In this document: positions 10,358 through 18,220 of the stretch, piece after piece
How positions within the stretch are numbered: the first letter of the stretch is position 1
How the letters are laid out: each line of letters opens with the position of its first letter
Source of the DNA: Candidatus Eiseniibacteriota bacterium
GTDB taxonomy: Bacteria > Eisenbacteria > RBG-16-71-46
Length of the DNA: 64,000 bases
NCBI GenBank assembly: GCA_963717505.1
Contig: OY970342.1
Span: 3,200,001-3,264,000, forward strand
Direction: 5' to 3'
The notes under the pieces: model-generated
Databases searched by the model: none
What the model saw: only the letters and a program-made list of their open reading frames with translations
Told to the model about the DNA's origin: nothing
Translations under genes and position numbers: made by a program

Positions 10358-13027
10358 CTGACGCGCTGGCCGCAGCCACCTCCGGAGTGCAGGCGGCACG
10401 CGGTGGCGGTGCGGCGGCCACGCCGCTCATGCGCCAATACCTGCGGCTGAAGAAGGAACACGCCGACGCGTTTTTGTTTTTTCGCCTCGGGGACTTCTAC
10501 GAGATGTTCTTCGAGGACGCGATCCAGGGCGCACAGATTCTCGGACTGACGCTGACCTCGCGCAACAAGAACGATCCCGATCCGATTCCGATGTGCGGTA
10601 TCCCGTGGCATCAGCGCGATGCCTACGTCGCGCGCCTACTGCGTCTGGGGCACAAGGTCGCGATCTGCGAGCAGCTCGAGCTGCCGACGGCCGCCAAACC
10701 GCTGGTCGATCGCGGGGTCACCGAGATCCTGACCCCGGGATCGGTGACCGCGGACGCGTTCCTGGACCCGGCGAGCAACAACTATCTGGTTGCGGTGTGG
10801 CCCGGGCGCGAACGCGTCGGCGTGTGCGTGGCGGACGCCTCGACCGGCGAGGTGCGGGTCGCGGAGCCGTCGTGGGACGACGCGGCGGCCATGCTTTCGC
10901 GCCTGCGCGTGGCCGAGTGGCTACTCCCGGCCGAGTCGGAAGACTCGGCCGCAGACGGCGAAAGGCTGAACGCGTCGATTTCGGGGCTGCCGGGTGCCCG
11001 CACCACGCTGCCGGCCCGCCGATTTCTCGAAGCCCCCGATCCGCGGTCGCGCTGGAGTGCCGCCGACGTGGCTCGGATCGCCGATCTCGACCTCGGGCTC
11101 CGCGCGGCGGGGGCGGCTTTGGACTACCTCGATCGCATGCACGGCGGGTTCGCACGCCAGCTCGATCGGGTCGAGCGTTGGAGCGAGGACGACACGCTGC
11201 GCTACGACGCCGCGACCGCCCGACACCTGGAATTGTTCCAGCCCCAGCCCGGCGGTGAACCGGCGCACACCCTGTGGCATCACCTCGACCGCTGCGTCAC
11301 CTCGCTCGGTTCGCGGCGCCTGCGCGGCTGGCTCGAGCGGCCGCTGGCGCACGCCGCGTCGGTGCGCGCGCGACACGACGCGGTCGAAGCCTGGATCACC
11401 GAGTTCGAAGCGCGGGCGTCCATGCGCCTGGCGCTGCGCAGCATCCCGGACCTCGAGCGCCTGGCAGCGCGCCTGGCCTGCGCCCGAGCCACGCCACGCG
11501 ACCTGGGCGCCATCCGCGATGCCCTGGCCCTGTTGCCTGCGGTCCATGCCCTGCTCGCCCCGCTCGGCGACCCGATCGCCGCCCAGGCGCGCTCGGCGCT
11601 GTCCGGCATCCCCGCGCTCGAAGCCGATCTGCGTCGTGCCCTGGTCGACGAGCCGCCACCCCTGGCGCGCGATGGCGGCATCTTCCGAGCAGGCTACGAC
11701 GCGACGCGCGACGGGCTCGACGACGTCGCGCACTCGGGCAAACGCTGGATCGCCGAGCTGGAGGCCACCGAGCGCGGGCGCACCGGAATCAGCAGCTTGA
11801 AGGTCGGGTTCAACCGCGTGTTCGGTTACTACCTGGAAGTCACCCGCCCGCACCTCGACAAGGTTCCCGGCAACTGGGAGCGCCGCCAGACGCTGACCGC
11901 GGCCGAGCGTTTCGTCACGCCCGACCTCAAGGTCAAGGAAGGCGAGGTGCTGGGCGCCGAGGAGAAGCTCAAGGCGCGTGAGCACGAGCTGTTCGTTGCG
12001 CTACGAGAGGCGGCAGCGGTGCACGTGCCGGCGCTGCAGGCGGCCGCGACCGCCCTCGGCACGCTCGACGCCGCTGTCGACGCTGGCCGAGACCGCAATC
12101 CAGTACGCGTGGGTGCGGCCCGAGATCGACGACGGCGACCGACTGCACCTCGAAAGCTTGCGTCACCCGGTGGTCGAGCGCCTGCTGCCGCGCGGCGAGT
12201 TCGTGCCCAATGACTGCGATCTCGATGCATCCCGCCGCCAGATCCTGCTGCTGACTGGACCCAACATGGGCGGCAAGAGCACGTACCTGCGCCAGGTGGC
12301 GCTGGCGGTGGTGTTGGCGCAGGCGGGCGCGTTCGTGCCTGCGACCCGCGCCGAGATCGGCTTGGTCGATCGCGTTTTCACGCGCGTGGGCGCCGGCGAT
12401 CGGCTCGGCTCGGGCCAGAGCACGTTCATGGTCGAGATGAGCGAGACCGCCGACATCATGCGCTCGGCGACGCCTCGCTCCCTGGTGGTGCTCGACGAGG
12501 TCGGGCGCGGAACCGCGACCTACGACGGACTCGCGATCGCCTGGGCGGTGACCGAGTTCCTGCACGATGCCGGAGGGCCCCGGCCGCGCACGTTGTTCGC
12601 CACGCACTATCACGAGTTGACGCAACTCGCCGAAAAGCTGCCGCGACTGGTCAACGTCCATATGCTGGTCGAGGAGTGGGAGGAGCGGGTGGTGTTCCTG
12701 CATCGGATCGCCGATGGCGCCGCCGACCGCTCCTACGGCATCCACGTCGCGCAGCTGGCCGGGCTGCCGCGCCCGGTGATCGAGCGGGCGCGCGAGGTGC
12801 TGGCCGAACTGGAGAGTGAACGCACTGTGGAGCATTTGGAGGCTAAGGCGTCGCGGGGTTCGCGGCGGGAGGCGGCTGGGCAACTGGGTTTGTTCGGTAC
12901 GCCTGCTCATCCATTGGCCGATGAGCTGGCAGCGCTCAACCCGGATACGATGACGCCGCTCGCTGCGCTCGAACGGCTCGCGGAGTGGAAGAAGAAGTGG
13001 GGGAGGGACATCGCGAAGAGTCCGTAG
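10354..13027 (+). CDS. mutS: DNA mismatch repair protein MutS; single frameshift near 12075
   Basis: [60 protein letters not shown]. Confidence 0.97.
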
Positions 13028-13137
13028 TTTTCCCGATGAGTAATTCGCAGAGCGGCCTTTCATTCGCCGGACAATGTCCCTATCGTCTGCGCCCCGATTG
13101 CACTCCACCTGGGCCGCCCAAAGGAACCCCCGATCTG

Positions 13138-15519
13138 ATGAGCCCACGGTGCGCCGTTCCAGCCCTGCTGCTGTCCGCCCTCGCGACAACCCAAGCGGCG
13201 TGGTCCGACCCGTTGTTCGAGCTGGTGACGACACCAGCTTACGAGACGGGAACCAGCCCGATTGCGGTGGTGGCCGAGGATCTGGACGGAGATGGCCACG
13301 CCGACCTGGTGGTCGCCAACCAGAGCTCCAACACGATCTCGATCTTCCGCGGCAACGGGGATGGTACGTTCCAGACGAGGGTCGACCTGCCGACCGGCAT
13401 CCAACCTTCTGCGATCGCGACCGGCGATCTCGACGGCGACGGGTATCCGGACATCGTCGTGTGCAACGGAAACTCGTCGGTATCGGTGTTCCTCCACGGC
13501 CCGTCAGGATACGTCTCATCCAGCCTTTCGGTCGGGTCTGGGTCAGTCGCCGTGACCCTCGTGGACCTCGATCAGGATTACCACCTCGACATCGTCACGG
13601 CCACGGGAGGATGGGTGGCAATCTGGTGGGGCGTCGGGGACGGGACGTTCTTCGAGCGGACCGACATTCCTTGTGGGCCGACTTTGAAAGCGATCGCTGT
13701 TGGCGACCTCGACCTGGATGGGAACCTCGACCTGGTGGTGAGCCGACAACCCACGTCCCCCGGGAGGATCGTGGTGCTCCGAGGCCTAGGCGATCATGCG
13801 TTCGTTCAGGTTCAGGATTTTGCCAGTTCGGCCCAGGCCGTACGATTGATGCGGCTCAATGGGGACGCGTACCTCGACTTGCTGACTCCGGGGAGCGCGT
13901 ATCGGGGCTACGGGAACGGCATGTTCTTGACGAGTAGCTACCCGACGAAGGGCTCTCAACCGCTATTCCTCGCGGATCTCGATGGAGACTTGGTCGACGA
14001 AGTCCTGGGGCTCTACCCGGGCTCCAATTTGGTAAGCGTGTGTCGAAGGGCTGACACCAGCTATGTGGAGATCGGCGATCAAGGGACCGGGACGTTCGTG
14101 GACGGTTTCGCGGCGGCGGAACTGACGGGTGATGGCTTCGCTGATCTGGCGTTCGTCGAACGTACGACGAATCGACTGCGCGTGTTGCCGGGAAACGGGG
14201 ACGGGACCTTCCTTGGGAATCATACGGGCAACGGCCCCACGGCCCTGGCCATCGAAGATCTCAATGGCGACGGTCTCCGAGATGTGGTCGTGACCGAGCG
14301 GACGTACGATTTCGCGAACGTGTTCCTCGGAACCGGTGGCGGAGGATTCGCCGAAGGTCAGCGTTGGTCAACCGCGGCACCCGGCCCCACCAAGGTGCTA
14401 GCCGGTGACCTGGATGGTGACGGAGATGTTGACATGCTGACTCTGAACTCGGCGTCTTCTCACCTGGACCCTCCGTCCAGCATGACGATCCTGACCAATG
14501 GCGGCAGTGCGAATTTCAGTAGGGCAGACATCGCGTTGGCTGCAAAGGACGCTGCCCTCGGAGACGTCACCGGAGACGGCATCCTCGATTTGGTTTGCAT
14601 CGTCAACGCCACCTACCAAGTCGCCGTCGGCAATGGCACCGGTGGTTTCACGCCTCTGCCGAACGTGTGGCTCGGCCCAACAACCATCCAGCGTGCGGTA
14701 CGCCTCGGAGACTTCGACCAGGATGGCGTGCTCGACGCGGCAATGCTCGCAGAGTATCTGCGCGTATTGCGCGGACAAGGCGATGGGACTTTTGAGATCA
14801 TCCAGGTCCAGTCGATCGGCCCTTCTTCGAATGCCGATCTCGAGATCGGAGACCTCGACGGCGACGGTCTCCTCGACGCCGTGGTTCCGACCGACGCTGG
14901 CGCCCGCTGGTTCAAGGGCCGCGCCGATGGTCAGCTCGATCCGGGCGTCGACATCCCCGGTGACGGACAGGTTTATTCGGTCGAGATCGCGGACGTGAAT
15001 CAGGCGGCTGGACTCGACTTGGTACTCGAGACGGGCAACAACGAGTTCGGGATCCGCCTCGGTCACAACGACGGCACGTTCGATCCTGCGTGGGTCCTGG
15101 CCACCGGGGCGTGGTCCACAGCGAGAGCCACACTGGGAGACCTGACCGGAGACGGGCGCAACGATGTTGTCGTGATTTTGAGTTCCAATGAATTCGTGGT
15201 CTACCGGAACCTCACGGTGCCGGTGGCCGACGTCGAGGGGCCGAGTGTTGCCTTGACGCCGAGCCTGCGGATGGCCATTCAGCCCAACCCGATTCACGGG
15301 CCTTTCCAGGTCACCTTCGACCTCCCCGAGCGCGCCAGCGAGGTTCATGTCCACGTGTTCGATCTTGCCGGCCGTCGGGTCGCATCGGAGACAATGGGGG
15401 ATCTCCCGGCCGGGAAGCATTGGGCGACGGTGAATACGCAATTGCGCCCGGGGATTCACATGGTCGAAGTGCGCACGCCGACAGCACGGGCCGTGGCGAG
15501 GGCGTGCGTGATTCGCTGA
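13138..15519 (+). CDS. Secreted FG-GAP/VCBS-repeat (integrin-alpha-like propeller) protein with C-terminal FlgD-Ig/T9SS-like domain
   Basis: Signal peptide; more than 10 GDLDGDGxxD...GNGDGTF repeats; C-terminal PNP...VFDLAGRRV...PGIHMV. Confidence 0.88.
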   Translation: MSPRCAVPALLLSALATTQAAWSDPLFELVTTPAYETGTSPIAVVAEDLDGDGHADLVVANQSSNTISIFRGNGDGTFQTRVDLPTGIQPSAIATGDLDGDGYPDIVVCNGNSSVSVFLHGPSGYVSSSLSVGSGSVAVTLVDLDQDYHLDIVTATGGWVAIWWGVGDGTFFERTDIPCGPTLKAIAVGDLDLDGNLDLVVSRQPTSPGRIVVLRGLGDHAFVQVQDFASSAQAVRLMRLNGDAYLDLLTPGSAYRGYGNGMFLTSSYPTKGSQPLFLADLDGDLVDEVLGLYPGSNLVSVCRRADTSYVEIGDQGTGTFVDGFAAAELTGDGFADLAFVERTTNRLRVLPGNGDGTFLGNHTGNGPTALAIEDLNGDGLRDVVVTERTYDFANVFLGTGGGGFAEGQRWSTAAPGPTKVLAGDLDGDGDVDMLTLNSASSHLDPPSSMTILTNGGSANFSRADIALAAKDAALGDVTGDGILDLVCIVNATYQVAVGNGTGGFTPLPNVWLGPTTIQRAVRLGDFDQDGVLDAAMLAEYLRVLRGQGDGTFEIIQVQSIGPSSNADLEIGDLDGDGLLDAVVPTDAGARWFKGRADGQLDPGVDIPGDGQVYSVEIADVNQAAGLDLVLETGNNEFGIRLGHNDGTFDPAWVLATGAWSTARATLGDLTGDGRNDVVVILSSNEFVVYRNLTVPVADVEGPSVALTPSLRMAIQPNPIHGPFQVTFDLPERASEVHVHVFDLAGRRVASETMGDLPAGKHWATVNTQLRPGIHMVEVRTPTARAVARACVIR

Positions 15520-15535
15520 TCGGGCTGAGCCGCCG

Positions 15536-15557
15536 CGACTGTCCGTGCGGACAGTTG
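15536..15557. repeat. 22-nt palindrome, copy 1 (intergenic, downstream of the HNH gene)
   Basis: CGACTGTCCGTGCGGACAGTTG; perfect arms ACTGTCCG/CGGACAGT. Confidence 0.85.
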
Positions 15558-15568
15558 CCGGTAGCAGC

Positions 15569-15593
15569 CGCCGTCGATTCGTGTCGAACGGCG
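15569..15593. terminator. Hairpin between the convergent FG-GAP and HNH genes
   Basis: CGCCGTCGA/TCGAACGGCG stem with one bulge; no U-tract. Confidence 0.4.
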
Positions 15594-15595
15594 AG

Positions 15596-16897
15596 TCACG
15601 GTGCCGAGCCCACGCTCGCCGGCGCCGGAGTGATGGAGTAGGCGCGGGGCCGCAGGCAGGACAACGCCAGGCGCACGCGTTGCTCGAGCGGGGCGTCGGC
15701 GAGAGATGCGCTGTGCTCGGCGGCGCGGCGTGCCTGGTCGGTGCGGACTCCTAAGGCCTGCAACCAGGGAATTACTTCTTCGGTCGCGGTTTTCGCTTGA
15801 GCTTCTTGTGCCTTCTTCGCCTCGTGCATCTTCTTGGCCTGTCTCTCCTCGCGTGCAATCCGAGCTTCCTCGCGCTTCTGGTGCATGAACCCATCGCCAA
15901 ACACGCGCTTGGCTTCGTACTGGTTATGGGCGTGGCAAAGCAGGCGCACGTTGTCGACCGTTGCCTCTCCTCCCCGGGCCACGGGTTCGATGTGATCGAA
16001 TGCGAGCTCCTTTCGTTCCGTGCAACGATGGCCGTTCTCGCCGACGAACGCGCACTGATCCTGGTCGCGCTTCCGGACGGCGCGTCTCACGTGTGCCGGG
16101 ATCGTGCGCTTCGCCGTCGGGGTGCCGCGTGAGCCGGTGCGCGGCCGGTCGGTCGCGGCGTACTTCCGCTTCTCGAGCTCCTTTCGGAGCGACTTGAGTG
16201 CACGGCCGAAGACATCCGCGAGGTCCCCAGACCGAACCCGGTGGCCGAGCAAGGCCTGGACCTGGCGCAAGTCGTCATGCGTCTCCTGGTCGATCGTGAA
16301 CTGGAGCCCATAGCGTTGCGGCGAGAGCGGCTTCACCCTGGCGTGCTGCGTCGCAGGTGTCCGTGCGGACACTTGTTCGGCAACTGTCTGCGCGGACAGT
16401 TGGCCCACCGGACCAGTGGACTCGAAAGTCAGTAGTTCTGCCTCGGGGGCCGGCTCCGATGGAATAGCCTCGATCCGAGCTGGCATATCAGCACTCGGGA
16501 ATCGCTCCGCCAGTAGCTTCTCGATTTCGCCCTGGGTCTTGTGGGTGGCGGCGGCCAGCAATTCGTCGGCGTTGCGCGGGGTGAGGTGAGGCTTCAGCTG
16601 GATCACCCCGGTCAGATGCACCCGGCCCTCGGCAATGGCGTCGAAGATCGCGGGGAATTCTCGCGCCACGCGGCCCGCCCGGATCCGCTTCAGGGCCGAC
16701 TGCTCGGTCAAACGCAGTTCCTGGCGGCAATACTCGTAGGTCGACGGAAACCCGGCGGGGAGATAAAGCTCGCGCGCGTCAATTTCGGCAATGTGAGCAA
16801 TCAGCATCGCCGCATTAGTGCGCTCATGACGATTGTAGGCCGCCGCACTGCGGAGCACTTCCGGACCGTTCAGATGAATCAACGAGTAGGCGTGCAC
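15596..16897 (-). CDS. DUF222-like N-terminal domain + HNH endonuclease + RuvA C-terminal-like domain
   Basis: GTG start VHAYSLIHL; LIAHIAEIDARELY...YC...KRIRAGR...FP...GRVHL; RDQDQC...C...FDHIEPVARGGEATVDNVRLLCHAHN; tail EVIPWLQALG...ARRAA...LEQRVRLAL. Confidence 0.85.
   Translation of the reverse strand: MHAYSLIHLNGPEVLRSAAAYNRHERTNAAMLIAHIAEIDARELYLPAGFPSTYEYCRQELRLTEQSALKRIRAGRVAREFPAIFDAIAEGRVHLTGVIQLKPHLTPRNADELLAAATHKTQGEIEKLLAERFPSADMPARIEAIPSEPAPEAELLTFESTGPVGQLSAQTVAEQVSARTPATQHARVKPLSPQRYGLQFTIDQETHDDLRQVQALLGHRVRSGDLADVFGRALKSLRKELEKRKYAATDRPRTGSRGTPTAKRTIPAHVRRAVRKRDQDQCAFVGENGHRCTERKELAFDHIEPVARGGEATVDNVRLLCHAHNQYEAKRVFGDGFMHQKREEARIAREERQAKKMHEAKKAQEAQAKTATEEVIPWLQALGVRTDQARRAAEHSASLADAPLEQRVRLALSCLRPRAYSITPAPASVGSAP
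16354..16402. repeat. 22-nt palindrome, copies 2 and 3 (inside the HNH CDS, 27-nt period)
   Basis: CAGGTGTCCGTGCGGACACTTG (16354-16375) and CAACTGTCTGCGCGGACAGTTG (16381-16402); they encode QVSARTP and QLSAQTV on the minus strand. Confidence 0.85.
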
Positions 16898-16899
16898 GA

Positions 16900-17113
16900 A
16901 AGCACTTCCTGACTCGGGGGCGAGCCTGATGCTTCGGCCGGGATCTACCACCCGACCGGTTGGGGCGCACTCATTGGAACACACGTGTTCTCGGCGCTCA
17001 GGGATCAACGGAGAACCCACAAAACGCGGCTTCCTGAAATCGAAAGCGCGGGGGGTGCGATTCGACTGATTGAGCGCACGCTTCGCGCTTTGACGCGACG
17101 CCAGAACACCGTC
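16900..17113 (-). ncRNA. Candidate structured RNA / long 5' leader of the HNH gene
   Basis: Nested inverted repeats 16985-16996/17099-17109, 17043-17050/17084-17091 and 17055-17059/17075-17079; an 8-bp hairpin at 16935-16958 that pairs fully only on the minus strand (G-U). Confidence 0.45.
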
Positions 17114-17119
17114 AGCGAG

Positions 17120-17150
17120 ATTGCAGCCACGACGCTCCGAAACGTGTCAA
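17120..17150 (-). promoter_or_regulatory. Putative sigma70 promoter for the HNH transcript
   Basis: Minus strand TTGACA (17150-17145), 19-nt spacer, TGCAAT (17125-17120); AT-richer upstream; spacer longer than canonical. Confidence 0.5.
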
Positions 17151-17323
17151 GAGGTATTTGCTTCGCAGAAAAGATTTCGCAGCGGAGATTCTGGGGTGAT
17201 GCCGCGACGATCTCGATCTCGGCGACATCGAAGTGAGGAACGACCACTCGGCGCGGCGCCTATCGCCACGAAGATCGGTCCGTGCCCCGCGTACGGGTCA
17301 GCGATCGGCCCCAAACGCAGCGA

Positions 17324-17875
17324 CTACCGCCGGATCTGCACCAACGCCCCAGCCAGCGTCGCACCGGCACCGCGGCCCCGCGCAACGGGCGGGGCGTCCG
17401 GCATCTGCCGGCGATGCTTCTCCAGCCGCTTCCAATGCACCGGCCGGTTTTCGCGCAGCCAGGTCTCGAGATCCTCTGCCTTCTTGAACCACGCGCGCGG
17501 CTGCTCCAGCGGATACCGACGCTCGCACTCGCGCGGGTCGTAGTCGCGGCACAGCACCGGATGCCGGCCGTGAATCGAGCAACGTCCCTCGGAGTTCAGC
17601 TGGTCGCAGCGCGTCGGCACGTAGACGAACCAAGCCTCGGGCTGCTCGACGTAGATCTCGATCCCGTGGTGGTGGAGCATCCAGATCGCCTGGTCGTACT
17701 CCCACGGCTGCCGAGGCGGATCGATCTCGATCGTGATGTAGCTGCAGCACGCGACGCAGCCGGCGCACAGGTCGGCGCTCTCGGTGCGCGGCATGAGGCG
17801 CGCCGCCACGGCGTTCTTGGCCTGGCGGCGCCCGGCCGCGTTCTCACTGCGATGCCGATGGGTGGAGTCGTTCAT
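17324..17875 (-). CDS. YkgJ-family (CxxCxxCC) cysteine-cluster protein
   Basis: CAGCVACCSY...RCDQL...CSIHGRHPVLCRDY...C. Confidence 0.88.
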   Translation of the reverse strand: MNDSTHRHRSENAAGRRQAKNAVAARLMPRTESADLCAGCVACCSYITIEIDPPRQPWEYDQAIWMLHHHGIEIYVEQPEAWFVYVPTRCDQLNSEGRCSIHGRHPVLCRDYDPRECERRYPLEQPRAWFKKAEDLETWLRENRPVHWKRLEKHRRQMPDAPPVARGRGAGATLAGALVQIRR

Positions 17876-18210
17876 CGCGTGGTGATCATCCTCCACGCCA
17901 CGCTGACGCAGGCGAGCAGGAACGCCGCGAGTATCGTGGTGCCGAATCCCTTGACGCTGAAGCCCGGTACCAGTTTGGCGGCGATCCACAGCGTGATCCC
18001 GTTGAGCACGAACAGGAATAGTCCGAGCGTCAAGACGGTCAGCGGCAGGGTGAGCACGAACAGGATGGGTTTGAGGATCGCGTTGACCAGGGCCAGCACC
18101 ACCGCACCGAACAAGGCCGGAATCCATCCCTTGACCTGGAACCCCGGCAGTATGCGCGACAGACCCAACATCGCCGCCGCCATGACGAGGAAATAGAGCA
18201 GCGTATTCAC
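17872..18210 (-). CDS. YvlD / 4-TMS phage-holin superfamily IV membrane protein
   Basis: LVNAILKPILFVLTLPLTVLTLGLFLFVLNG...PGF; GGAGG RBS. Confidence 0.9.
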   Translation of the reverse strand: MNTLLYFLVMAAAMLGLSRILPGFQVKGWIPALFGAVVLALVNAILKPILFVLTLPLTVLTLGLFLFVLNGITLWIAAKLVPGFSVKGFGTTILAAFLLACVSVAWRMITTR

Positions 18211-18220
18211 GGCCACCTCC

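Noticed and set aside
7552-13027. rpsA and mutS as pseudogenes or programmed frameshift genes
   Set aside because: Motifs are intact, no slippery sites are evident, rpsA is normally essential, and indels cluster regionally, so sequencing error is more likely
16354-16402. Palindromic repeats as a mini CRISPR array
   Set aside because: Only two adjacent copies 5 nt apart, inside a CDS, with no spacer-length unique sequence; kept as a repeat finding instead
16977-16990. GAACACACGTGTTC as a LexA box
   Set aside because: Spacing is GAAC-N6-GTTC rather than the Gram-positive N4, and this lineage's LexA motif is unknown to me
17872-18210. Holin as evidence of a prophage
   Set aside because: YvlD-type 4-TMS family is common in chromosomes; no endolysin or phage structural genes nearby
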